Positions 8,445 through 17,299 of a stretch of DNA of 35,968 nucleotides are shown piece by piece (the stretch's first letter is position 1; every line of letters starts with the position of its first letter). The DNA comes from Acidimicrobiia bacterium (lineage in GTDB: Bacteria > Actinomycetota > Acidimicrobiia > Spongiisociales > ZC4RG35). The DNA lies in NCBI GenBank assembly GCA_036374915.1, contig DASUSU010000195.1:1-35968 (forward strand). The letters are read 5' to 3'. The position numbers and the translations under genes are program-made. Below the pieces are notes generated by a model. It saw only the letters and a list, made by a program, of their open reading frames with translations. It was not told the DNA's origin and searched no databases.

Positions 8445-9533
8445 TCAGAGGTCGGAAAGCACCTCGTCCAGCGCCTCGACGAAGCGTCGGTTCTCAGCTT
8501 CGCTCCCTATCGTCACCCGGAGCCATCCATCCGACATCGGGCGCACGATGACTCCGAGCCCGGTGAAGCGGTCTCCGGCCTGCTCACCTGGCAGTTCGAG
8601 CTTGAAGTAGACGAAGTTGGCCTGGCTCATGGTGTGGGCCAGAGATCTCTCCTCGAGCACCCCCAACATCTGGTGCCGCGCCGCCTCGTTGGCCTTGACC
8701 CTTCTCGCCAGCTCTTCCCGATCCTGGAGCGAGGCCGCCGCCGCCACTTGGGCGATCTGGGTCACGGTGAAAGGGGCTTGAGCCTTGCGCAGCTCGGCGA
8801 TCGTCTCCGGCCGGGCCACCCCGTACCCGACCCGATGCGCCGCCAGGGCGAAGATCTTGGAGAAGGTCCTCAACACGACGACGTTGGGGCGCTCCAAGGC
8901 GTGGGGGATCGCCGTGGCGTAGGCCGGATCGGTCACGTACTCGTGATACGCCTCGTCGATCACGATCAGCACCGCCTCCGGCATCGACTCGATGAACCCG
9001 GTCATCGCCTCCGAGGAGACGATGGTCCCGGTCGGGTTGTTCGGATTGCACAGGTAGACGACGGCCGTGTCGTCCCTGATCGCCGAGGCGATCGCCTCCA
9101 GATCGATCACATGCCCGTCGTCGAGTGGGACCTCGACCAGCTCGCTCATCGCCCAGTGTGAGGCGATGCGATACATGACGAACGATGGCCAGGCGTAGAC
9201 CGCGCTCGTCCCCGGCCCGCCCACGGCGAGCGCGATGTGTCCGAGCAGGCCGACGCTCCCGTTGCCGAACCAGAGATGGTCGGCGGGCACCTCGAGCCAG
9301 TGCGACAGGGCTCGAGCCAGTTCGACGTGGTCGTTGTCGGGATACCGGTTCGACTCGGCGAGCGCTCTGGCCGCGGTCTCCACCACTCCGGGGAAAGGCC
9401 CGTCGGGACTCTCGTTGGAGGCCAGCTTGACTATGTCGTCGGGCAGAATGCCGATCTCGGCCGCCACCTCTTCGATGGTCCGCCCCGGCCGATAGGGGCT
9501 GAGAGCGGCGATGTCCGGCCGAAACCTGGGCAT
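8445..9533 (-). CDS. hisC: Histidinol-phosphate / aromatic aminotransferase (class II PLP aminotransferase)
   Basis: LASNESPDGP, YP, NPNNPTG and RTFSKIFALAAHRVGY (PLP lysine) motifs. ATG at 9533 chosen because the N-terminus MPRFRPDIAALSPYRPG is typical. The longer ORF to 9695 was rejected. Confidence 0.85.
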   Translation of the reverse strand: MPRFRPDIAALSPYRPGRTIEEVAAEIGILPDDIVKLASNESPDGPFPGVVETAARALAESNRYPDNDHVELARALSHWLEVPADHLWFGNGSVGLLGHIALAVGGPGTSAVYAWPSFVMYRIASHWAMSELVEVPLDDGHVIDLEAIASAIRDDTAVVYLCNPNNPTGTIVSSEAMTGFIESMPEAVLIVIDEAYHEYVTDPAYATAIPHALERPNVVVLRTFSKIFALAAHRVGYGVARPETIAELRKAQAPFTVTQIAQVAAAASLQDREELARRVKANEAARHQMLGVLEERSLAHTMSQANFVYFKLELPGEQAGDRFTGLGVIVRPMSDGWLRVTIGSEAENRRFVEALDEVLSDL

Positions 9534-9546
9534 GGTCCGAACGGTA

Positions 9547-9588
9547 CCTGGTACTTGGAGCTTGGTACTTGGAACTTGGTGCCGAGTA
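9547..9588. repeat. Tandem heptamer (CYTGGNN) / 14-bp x3 repeat in the hisC 5' leader and divergent promoter region
   Basis: cctggta cttggag cttggta cttggaa cttggtg, i.e. cctggtacttggag / cttggtacttggaa / cttggtgccgagta. Read directly from the sequence. Confidence 0.7.
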
Positions 9589-9704
9589 CAAGGACCGACG
9601 TGCAACACTGCGACGTCAGGTTTCGGGAGACGGCGGGGCCGGTCGATCCGTAAGGTTGGGCGGAATATACCGGTGGCGACCTCTCTCCTCTTCAAGGAGA
9701 ACTA

Positions 9705-11852
9705 GTGACTGCACGTAGGTCAGGTCTGGGCCGGGGACTGGAGGCTCTGATTCCGAGCGAGAGCGAGTTGACCTCGAAGACCAGTGCCCTGCGGGTCATC
9801 GACCACACGGGTCGGCTGGTGGGTGAGGACCCGCGGCTAGATCCGAATCTCTATCAGCAGATGTACCGCAACATGGTCCTGACCCGTGAACTGGACCGGC
9901 GCATGCTCGCCCTGCAGCGTCAAGGCCGGATCGGCACCTACGCCATGCTGGAGGGCCAGGAGGCGGTCCAGATCGGCTCCGCCCTCGCTCTCGATCCCGA
10001 TGACTTCGTCTTCCCCTCCTATCGCGAGCACGGGGTGCAGGTGACCCGCGGTCTCCCCATCGAGGTGCTTCTCGCCTATTGGAGAGGATTGCCCAACGCA
10101 CGTTGGGATATGGAGAAGTACCGCACCGGGATCGTGGCGGTCCCCATCGCCAGCCAACTCCCCCACGCCGTCGGCTACTCCTACGTGACCAAGCTCCGGG
10201 GTGACGACACGGTCACCGCGGTCTACTTCGGGGATGGAGCAACCTCCGAGGTCGATTTCCACTCCGGAATGAACTTCGCCGGGGTGTGGAAGACCCCCAC
10301 GGTCTTCATCTGCGCCAACAACCTCTACGCGATATCGGTGCCCTATGACCGCCAGACTGCCGCCGAGACGATCGCCCAGAAGGCCAATGCGTATGGGTTC
10401 GAGGGGCTCCGCGTCGACGGCATGGACCCGATCGCCGTCTACCTGGCCACCCGGCTCGCGGTCACCCGGGCCCGGGAAGGACAGGGCCCCACCTTGATCG
10501 AGGCCATGACCTACCGGTATGGCCCCCACGCCACCGCCGACGACCCGACCCTGTATCGGAGCAGGGAGGAGGAGGAGAGCTGGCGCAAACGGGACCCGAT
10601 CGAGCGATTGCGCAGGTTTCTCGAAGACCGGGGCGAGTGGGACGAAGCGGTCGAGGAGAAGGTCACCATGGAGACGTCCGACCTGGTGGCGGCGGCGATA
10701 GCCGAGATCGAGGCCCAGCCGCTTCCCACGCGGGACGACGCCGTCAGGCACGGCTTTCACCGAATCCCCGCCCATGTCGTCACCCAGCTGGAGGCGATGC
10801 AGAGGGCCCATGGCGAGGAGCCGACGCGTTTCGGGGCGGAGGAGATCTGGGTCATCGGCGACGACCCTGCTCCCGACGGCCCGACCAGGTCGATGACCAT
10901 GGCCGAGGCGATCAACGCGGCCCTCGATGAGGCGATGGAGCGCGATCCGAGCGTGATCGTCCTCGGCGAGGACGTGGGCCTGGCCGGCGGCGTGTTCCGG
11001 ATCACCGAGGGGCTCCAGGACCGATACGGTGAGGCGAGGGTGATCGACACCCCCCTCAACGAGTCGGGCATCGTCGGCAGCGCGGTGGGGATGGCCCTGG
11101 CCGGGGCGCGACCCGTCGCCGAGATCCAGTTCGACGGGTTCGTCTACCCGGCCTTCGATCAAATCGTCAGCCATCTCGGGCGCTACCGCTTCCGGACCCG
11201 GGGCAACTCCGAGGTCCCGGTGGTGGTCCGGTTCCCCAGCGGAGCCGGGATCGGGGCCCACGAGCATCACTGCGACTCGCCGGAGGCCTACTTCGTCCAC
11301 GCCCCGGGCCTGGTCGTGGTCTGCCCGTCGACCCCGATCGAGGCCAAGGGGCTCCTCGCTGCCGCCCTCACCGGTCATGACCCGGTGATCTTCCTCGAGC
11401 CCAAGGTGCTCTACCGGGCCGGGCGCGAGGACGTCCCGCTCGACCACTACACGATTCCGATCGGGCGGGCCCGGGTGAGAGTCGTGGGGAGTGATCTCAC
11501 CATCGTCACCTACGGGGGGATGGTGCCCGTCGTGCTGGAGGCCGTCGACCGGGTCGGGGCCTCGGTCGAGGTGATCGATCTCCGCACGCTCTTCCCCTGG
11601 GACCGCGAGACCGTGCTCGACTCGGTGAGGAAGACCGGACGGCTGTTGCTGGTCCAAGAGCCGCAGGGCTCGGCCGGTGTCGCCGCCGACGTGGCGGCGG
11701 TGGTCTCCGAGGAGGCCCTCTACCACCTGCAGGCGCCGATCGTCCGCATCACCGGCTTCGACATCCCATGGCCCCAGTTCGCCATCGAGAGACACGCCCT
11801 CATCGACGCCGACCGGGTGGTTTCCGGGATCGAGGAGGCGCTGGCGGGTTGA
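9705..11852 (+). CDS. Fused 2-oxoacid (pyruvate/branched-chain) dehydrogenase E1 component, alpha+beta subunits in one polypeptide
   Basis: Residues ~28-370 look like E1-alpha (YREHG, GDGATSEVDFHSGMNFAGVW, YRYGPHATADDP). Residues ~395-715 look like E1-beta (VIVLGEDVGLAGGVFRITEGL, DTPLNESGIVG, FLEPKVLYR). GTG at 9705 is preceded by AAGGAGA with a 4-nt spacer. Confidence 0.85.
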   Translation: MTARRSGLGRGLEALIPSESELTSKTSALRVIDHTGRLVGEDPRLDPNLYQQMYRNMVLTRELDRRMLALQRQGRIGTYAMLEGQEAVQIGSALALDPDDFVFPSYREHGVQVTRGLPIEVLLAYWRGLPNARWDMEKYRTGIVAVPIASQLPHAVGYSYVTKLRGDDTVTAVYFGDGATSEVDFHSGMNFAGVWKTPTVFICANNLYAISVPYDRQTAAETIAQKANAYGFEGLRVDGMDPIAVYLATRLAVTRAREGQGPTLIEAMTYRYGPHATADDPTLYRSREEEESWRKRDPIERLRRFLEDRGEWDEAVEEKVTMETSDLVAAAIAEIEAQPLPTRDDAVRHGFHRIPAHVVTQLEAMQRAHGEEPTRFGAEEIWVIGDDPAPDGPTRSMTMAEAINAALDEAMERDPSVIVLGEDVGLAGGVFRITEGLQDRYGEARVIDTPLNESGIVGSAVGMALAGARPVAEIQFDGFVYPAFDQIVSHLGRYRFRTRGNSEVPVVVRFPSGAGIGAHEHHCDSPEAYFVHAPGLVVVCPSTPIEAKGLLAAALTGHDPVIFLEPKVLYRAGREDVPLDHYTIPIGRARVRVVGSDLTIVTYGGMVPVVLEAVDRVGASVEVIDLRTLFPWDRETVLDSVRKTGRLLLVQEPQGSAGVAADVAAVVSEEALYHLQAPIVRITGFDIPWPQFAIERHALIDADRVVSGIEEALAG

Positions 11853-12394
11853 GCCGAAACCACGGCGTCGCGGTCTTCGGGTCGTCGCAGACCGAGGCCG
11901 GCTCCACCGAGTGGGAGGAGGCTCATCGGGCCGGGGCACGGATTGCCGGTGCCGGGCTCACGGTGATAACCGGTGGTTACGGGGGAACGATGGAGGCCGT
12001 GTCGAGCGGCGCCGCAGAGGCCGGCGGCCATGTGATCGGAGTCACCGCGCCGGTGCTCTTCCCCGACCGCTCCACGCCGAACCCATTCGTCCACGAGGTG
12101 ATCGAGGCTTCCAGCCTGGCCAACCGGATCGACATCATGATGGAGCGTTCGACCGCGACCCTGGCCCTGCCCGGCTCGATCGGCACCGCAGCCGAGCTGT
12201 TGATCTCCTGGAACACCAACCACATCCTCCGGCAAGGTGGAGCCACACCCCGGGTCTCGGTGGCGGTGGGCCCGGGATGGAAGGCCCTGGCCCGCGCCTT
12301 GGTCGACATGGCCGGCGCCTTCGAGGACGACCTGATCTGGGCCGATACCGTGGACGAAGGTGTCGACTGGGTCCTCGCCCGACGCCAGGACTAG
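11849..12394 (+). CDS. LOG / TIGR00725-like Rossmann-fold nucleotide-binding protein
   Basis: VAVFGSS...ITGGYGGTMEAVSSGA...LPGSIGTAAEL (GGxGxM and PGxxGTxxE motifs). TTG start at 11849 overlaps the E1 stop (TTGA), with GAGGAGG 10 nt upstream. The alternative ATG at 11768 would overlap E1 by 85 nt. Confidence 0.7.
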   Translation: MSRNHGVAVFGSSQTEAGSTEWEEAHRAGARIAGAGLTVITGGYGGTMEAVSSGAAEAGGHVIGVTAPVLFPDRSTPNPFVHEVIEASSLANRIDIMMERSTATLALPGSIGTAAELLISWNTNHILRQGGATPRVSVAVGPGWKALARALVDMAGAFEDDLIWADTVDEGVDWVLARRQD

Positions 12395-12458
12395 TCCGAT
12401 TCGGCGTCGGGGGAAGACTCATTGACATCGCTCCCGCCGCAGCCAGTCTCGATCACTC

Positions 12459-12674
12459 ATGAGTCATCTGCGCCCCGAGGACCTGGCGGCCCTGGACAAG
12501 AGGTCGTGTCGCCGAGGTCGTCATCGCTACGGCGCCGCCCAACACATCGGGGGCGGAATCCTGCGCCAGGTCTGCGCCGGCTGCGGATCGGTGACCATCG
12601 ACCTCACCGAGACCGACGACAACACGGGCCCGTCGGCCACGAGGCAGCGAAGAGGACGACGACCCGGGATCTAG
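12459..12674 (+). CDS. Small hypothetical protein (71 aa) with C..CxxC and a basic tail
   Basis: GC3 is about 80% in this frame, against a poor Arg/Pro-rich alternative frame. The ATG sits at the centre of the 10-bp palindrome actcatgagt. No family recognised. Confidence 0.4.
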   Translation: MSHLRPEDLAALDKRSCRRGRHRYGAAQHIGGGILRQVCAGCGSVTIDLTETDDNTGPSATRQRRGRRPGI

Positions 12675-12684
12675 AGTCCCGGTC

Positions 12685-13563
12685 GTGACACGACTCATTC
12701 GAGCCGCCGGGGGTGTCGTCTTTCGAAAGACGTCGAAAGGGAACCTCCGGGTGCTGGTCGCCCATCGTCCCCGCTACGACGACTGGTCGCTGCCCAAGGG
12801 AAAGGCCGATGAGGGCGAGACACCTGAGCAGACTGCGGTGCGAGAGGTGCTCGAAGAGACCGGATTCCGATGCCGGGTCGTGGCCTCGCTGGGGGTGACC
12901 CGCTACCGGGTCCCGGGCGGCGCCAAGGAGGTCAATTGGTTCGCCATGAAGCCGCTGCCGGACAGTCCCGGCTTCACGAGGAACTCCGAAGTCGACCAAG
13001 TCGACTGGCTCTCCCCCCGCCGTGCCCTGAAACAGCTCAGCTACGACCAGGACCGTGACCTGGTCGAGCAGGCCGACCTGAAGAAGCTGGCCCAGACCGG
13101 CACTCTCTATCTACTCCGCCACGGCACCGCCGCCGATCGGTCGAAGTGGAAGGGGCCCGAAGAGGCTCGTCCTCTCACCAAGAAGGGCAGGCGCCAGGCC
13201 GAGGCGATCGCCCGTTCCCTGGCCGACGCCGGGATCGAGCGCATTCTCTCCAGTCCCTATGACCGCTGCGTGCAGACCGTCGAGCCCTTGGCGAAATTGA
13301 CCGGCGCCCCGGTCGAGACATCGCCGCTTCTCGCAGAGGAAGCGGATCTCGACCTGTCCTACGCCCTCGTCGACGGCGTGATCGGGTCCAACGCCGTCAT
13401 CTGCTCCCACGGGGATGTGATCCCGGCCGTGGTCAACCGCATGATGTGGGCCGGGCTCAGCCTCAGCTCCCGCTTCTACTGCTCCAAGGGATCGATCTGG
13501 GAGGTGGAGGTCGACAACGGCAAGTTCACCACCGCCCATTACATCCCGCCGCCAGAGGTGTGA
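12685..13563 (+). CDS. Two-domain Nudix hydrolase + histidine phosphatase (MutT1-type architecture)
   Basis: N-terminal Nudix box GKADEGETPEQTAVREVLEETGF preceded by HRPRYDDWSLPKGK. C-terminal histidine-phosphatase motifs LLRHG...SSPYDRCVQT...CSHGDVI. Confidence 0.85.
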   Translation: MTRLIRAAGGVVFRKTSKGNLRVLVAHRPRYDDWSLPKGKADEGETPEQTAVREVLEETGFRCRVVASLGVTRYRVPGGAKEVNWFAMKPLPDSPGFTRNSEVDQVDWLSPRRALKQLSYDQDRDLVEQADLKKLAQTGTLYLLRHGTAADRSKWKGPEEARPLTKKGRRQAEAIARSLADAGIERILSSPYDRCVQTVEPLAKLTGAPVETSPLLAEEADLDLSYALVDGVIGSNAVICSHGDVIPAVVNRMMWAGLSLSSRFYCSKGSIWEVEVDNGKFTTAHYIPPPEV

Positions 13564-13573
13564 TGTCTACGAC

Positions 13574-15337
13574 TCAGACCGTCTTGGTGCCGGCGGCCCA
13601 GTCGGCGTAGAGGGCGGCGTAGACACCGCCCCGGCTGAGCAGGTCACGGTGGCGGCCCCGCTCGACCAGTTTCCCCTGGTCGAAGACCAAGACCTCGTCC
13701 GACCCTTCGGCCGTGGCCATGCGATGGGCGATGGTGACCGAAGTCCGTCCTTCGGTGAGACGTTCGATCGCGTGTCGCAGTGCGACGTCGAGGGCGGGAT
13801 CGACCGCCGAGGTCGCCTCGTCGAGAACGAGGAGGTCTGGCGAGCCGATCCAGGCCCGGACCAGGGCGACCAGCTGTCTCTCGCCTGAGGACAGGTTGCC
13901 CCCGCGCTCACCGGCCTGCGTCTCCAACCCCCGGGGCAGGCTCTCCACCCAGGGTCCCAGCCCGAGCTCGTGGAATGCGGTCCAGATCTCGGCGTCGGAG
14001 GCTTCGGGCTGCCCGTACCGAACGTTGGCCCCGACCGTGTCGTCGAAGAGAAAGCCTTCCTGGGGGACAAAGGCGACGCGGGAGCGAAGCTCCTCGAGGG
14101 GGATGCGTCGGGCGTCGACGCCGCCGATCGACACCGAGCCCCTGCTCGGGTCGAGCAATCGGACCAGCAGCTTGGCGAAGGTGGTCTTGCCCGATCCGGT
14201 CTCGCCGACCACTGCCACCCGGGAACCGACCGGGATGTCGACCGTGATGTCGGTCAGCACCTCGTTCCCGTTGGGGTAGGCGAACCTGACCTGATGCATG
14301 CGGGCGCTCAACCCGCCGGGGCGGAGATGATCCGGCTCCTCGGGGTCGGGCATGTCCACTTCGCTGTCGAGGACGCCGAGTATCCGACGCAAACCGGAGG
14401 CGGCGCTCTGGGCGAACTCCAGGGTCTCCACCACTATCTGGAGCGGCTCTATGAGGAGATTGGTGAGAAAGAGGAAGGCGACCAGCGTCCCTGCGGTCAT
14501 GCCCTGCGAGGTCCCGATCAGGATCCCGCCGACCACGATCCCCGCGGTCAGGGCTCCGGCGAACACCTCGGCCGATGAGAACAGGATGTTGCCCAGCCGC
14601 GCCGTCCTGAACTCGATCCAGAACCTCTTGTCCAGGGCGTCGGCCACCTTCTCCTTGGTGGAGCCCTCGATCCCGTAGGAGCGCACGACGGGCAGGGCGC
14701 TGATCGACTCGCTGAGCACACCGAGCGACCGGCCGACTTCGACCCGAACCGTGTCGTAGTTGCGAGCCAGCACTCGCTGGAACCACCGCATCAAGAGGAG
14801 GTAGAGAATCACCCCGACCAGGGCGACCAGGGCGAGACGCCACTCGTAGTAGATCATGACCCCGAGGGCCAGGATCACCTGGCTGCCCGCGATCACCATG
14901 CCGACCCCGCCCCATTCCATGAACTCCTGAAGGGTGGTGACGTCGGAGGTGACCCGGGAGACGAGATCACCGCGGCGATCCGCCTCCACGTGCAGCACCG
15001 ATCTCTTGAGCAGGTGCCGGAAGGTCATCGTGCGCAGATCGGACAGACCCGTGGCCGAAGACCGGATCAGGCGTAGCACCGCGGCCCGCCCCACCACCAC
15101 CCCGACCGCGAGCGTGGCCAGCGCCAGGGCTGCCTTCCACAGGACGTCGCGCATGACTATCCCTTCCGGCGCCAGGATCTCGTCGTCGATGATCATCTGG
15201 ATCACGACCGGGGTCACCACCGTGATCGCCTGGCCGGCCATGGCCATGAGAAGGGTCAGACGCAGCCCCTTGCGCAGGGCCGGGGCGAGTCTCATCGCCC
15301 GACCCAGCACCCTTCCGGTGGCCTGCTCTCCGCTCAC
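13574..15337 (-). CDS. ABC exporter, fused permease/ATP-binding subunit (heterodimer partner B)
   Basis: 6-TM N-terminal domain. Walker A GETGSGKTT, signature LSSGERQ, Walker B LLVLDEATSAVD. Confidence 0.9.
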   Translation of the reverse strand: MSGEQATGRVLGRAMRLAPALRKGLRLTLLMAMAGQAITVVTPVVIQMIIDDEILAPEGIVMRDVLWKAALALATLAVGVVVGRAAVLRLIRSSATGLSDLRTMTFRHLLKRSVLHVEADRRGDLVSRVTSDVTTLQEFMEWGGVGMVIAGSQVILALGVMIYYEWRLALVALVGVILYLLLMRWFQRVLARNYDTVRVEVGRSLGVLSESISALPVVRSYGIEGSTKEKVADALDKRFWIEFRTARLGNILFSSAEVFAGALTAGIVVGGILIGTSQGMTAGTLVAFLFLTNLLIEPLQIVVETLEFAQSAASGLRRILGVLDSEVDMPDPEEPDHLRPGGLSARMHQVRFAYPNGNEVLTDITVDIPVGSRVAVVGETGSGKTTFAKLLVRLLDPSRGSVSIGGVDARRIPLEELRSRVAFVPQEGFLFDDTVGANVRYGQPEASDAEIWTAFHELGLGPWVESLPRGLETQAGERGGNLSSGERQLVALVRAWIGSPDLLVLDEATSAVDPALDVALRHAIERLTEGRTSVTIAHRMATAEGSDEVLVFDQGKLVERGRHRDLLSRGGVYAALYADWAAGTKTV

Positions 15338-17187
15338 GAGGCCTCCTCCGCCATCCTCCGGGCGTCCTCCTCGTAGGCCTGGACCAGACGGGCGTACCCG
15401 GGAGAGGTCTCCAACAGGTCGTCATGGGCGCCGTGGGCGAGGATGCGGCCCTCGTCGACGTAGACCACCTCGTCGGCGAGACGGATCGAAGCCGGGCGGT
15501 ATGCCACCACGACGACGGTCGAGGGCAGCTCCGCGCTCTTCAGGCTTCGGAGGATCTCGGCCTCCACCGAGGGATCCACCGCCGAAGTGGCGTCGTCGAG
15601 TATGAGGAGCCGGGGGCGGCGGATCAGGGCGCGGGCGAGGGCGATGCGCTGCCGCTGGCCCCCGGACAGCGTGGTGCCCCGCTCCCCGAGCTGCGTGTCG
15701 TAGCCGTCGGGCAGCTCGGAGATGAAGCCTTCCGCACCGGCGAGACGGCCGGCCTGGCGCAACTCGGTCTCGGAGAACTCCTCGCCCAGCGTGATGTTGC
15801 CTGCCACCGTGTCGTCGAAGAGGAAGGCGTTCTGGGCGACATAGGCCACTTCCTTGGGCAGCTCGGAGATGCTGAAGGAGCGCAGGTCCGCCCCGTCGAG
15901 GTAGATCGCGCCCGCGTCCGGGTCCCACAGCCGGGCGAGGAGCAGACTCAGCGTGGACTTCCCGGACCCTGTCGGCCCAACCACCGCCAGCGTGGTCCCT
16001 GCCCTCAGGTGGAGCTCGAGATCCTCGAGCACCGCCCCCTCCTCGTCGTAGGCGAAGCCGACGGTCTCCCCGTCGAGGGGCGCCGGCTCCCCCCTCTCCC
16101 GGGCCAGGACATCACCGTAGGTCACGAACTCCTCGGCATCGAAGACGTCCTGGACTCGTCGCCACCCGGCGAGGCTGCCCGCCAGATCCCACAACACAAA
16201 GCCGATCAACTGCACGGGAAAGGCGAGGAGTGCGAGCAGGTAGGCGACCGTGATCAGTTCACCGGGCGTGACCGCTCCCGCCTCGATGCGAGCCGCCCCC
16301 ACCACGAGCAGGCAGACGATCATCACCTGGGGCAGCACCCGGATGACGGCCTGATATGAGGCCCAGGTCGAGTTGACCCTGATCAGCCGGTCCCGCACCT
16401 CGTCGGAGACGTGACCGAAACGATCGGACACGTAGTCCTCACGTCCCAGCGACTTGACGGTCAGGGCTCCGTCGAAGGACTCGTGGGCCACCGCCGAGAC
16501 CTCGCCACGCGCCCGCTGCACCTCCTCCCACATGGAGTAGGTGATCCAGCTTCCCCGGACGTCCACCACCAGCACCACGATCAGCCCGATGAGCGCGCCC
16601 AGCCCCAGCCAGGGGTCGATCAGGGTGATCATCGTCGTCGTCCCGAAGAGGAGCAGTGTCACACCCGTGGCGTATGGAAGAGGGGCGAGGACTCCGGTGC
16701 CCTGGTCCACGTCGGACTCGGCGACCGCGAGCAGGTCCCCAACCGCCTGGCGGTTGTACCAGGACATCTTCAGTCGCAGTTGATGGGCGAGAAGCTCGTT
16801 GCGCACGTCCTGACGGGTTCGGAGCTGGAGCCACATGGCGGCGGTGCGTCGGAGCACGATGCCTCCCGCTTTGGACACTGCCACCGCGAGAATCAACAAC
16901 GCCGCGGGAGCAAGCAGGTCGGCCGGATCGACACCCTCGTCGAGGACCGGGATGATCACGGTGTCCGTCACCCAGCCGATGACCCGGGCCGAGGCGATGA
17001 TGGCACCGGCGAACAAGGCGGCGCCGGTCACGGCGAGGCCAAAGGACGCCGGATGCCGCTTGACGAACCGCCAGATGAGGCGGATCCCGTCGCGCAGCAC
17101 CGAAAGAGGTGTCATCTGCTCGGAGAACATGGGAGATAGCCGGGAGCTGCCAAATTCGAATTCTCGACCGGGTCGAGACGGCAGCAA
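15334..17187 (-). CDS. ABC exporter, fused permease/ATP-binding subunit (heterodimer partner A)
   Basis: Walker A GPTGSGKST, signature LSGGQRQ, Walker B LLILDDATSAVD. 4-nt overlap with the downstream partner. The start is uncertain: TTG 17187 is the maximal ORF, with in-frame ATGs at 17130 and 17115. Confidence 0.85.
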   Translation of the reverse strand: MLPSRPGREFEFGSSRLSPMFSEQMTPLSVLRDGIRLIWRFVKRHPASFGLAVTGAALFAGAIIASARVIGWVTDTVIIPVLDEGVDPADLLAPAALLILAVAVSKAGGIVLRRTAAMWLQLRTRQDVRNELLAHQLRLKMSWYNRQAVGDLLAVAESDVDQGTGVLAPLPYATGVTLLLFGTTTMITLIDPWLGLGALIGLIVVLVVDVRGSWITYSMWEEVQRARGEVSAVAHESFDGALTVKSLGREDYVSDRFGHVSDEVRDRLIRVNSTWASYQAVIRVLPQVMIVCLLVVGAARIEAGAVTPGELITVAYLLALLAFPVQLIGFVLWDLAGSLAGWRRVQDVFDAEEFVTYGDVLARERGEPAPLDGETVGFAYDEEGAVLEDLELHLRAGTTLAVVGPTGSGKSTLSLLLARLWDPDAGAIYLDGADLRSFSISELPKEVAYVAQNAFLFDDTVAGNITLGEEFSETELRQAGRLAGAEGFISELPDGYDTQLGERGTTLSGGQRQRIALARALIRRPRLLILDDATSAVDPSVEAEILRSLKSAELPSTVVVVAYRPASIRLADEVVYVDEGRILAHGAHDDLLETSPGYARLVQAYEEDARRMAEEAS

Positions 17188-17299
17188 CCTCTCGACCCTG
17201 GCCGAGGTTACGACAGGCCCGCCTCAAAGTGCGCCGAATTAGGAGGCGACGACCAGGACCTCCGACCGGATCGAGACCCGGCCGAGTGACCGGTCGGGC

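Noticed and set aside
9837-11939. 700-aa ORF on the minus strand
   Set aside because: Antisense to the well-supported E1 alpha-beta gene. The translation is Arg/Gly/Pro/Asp-rich with no recognisable motifs, the typical shadow ORF of a high-GC gene.
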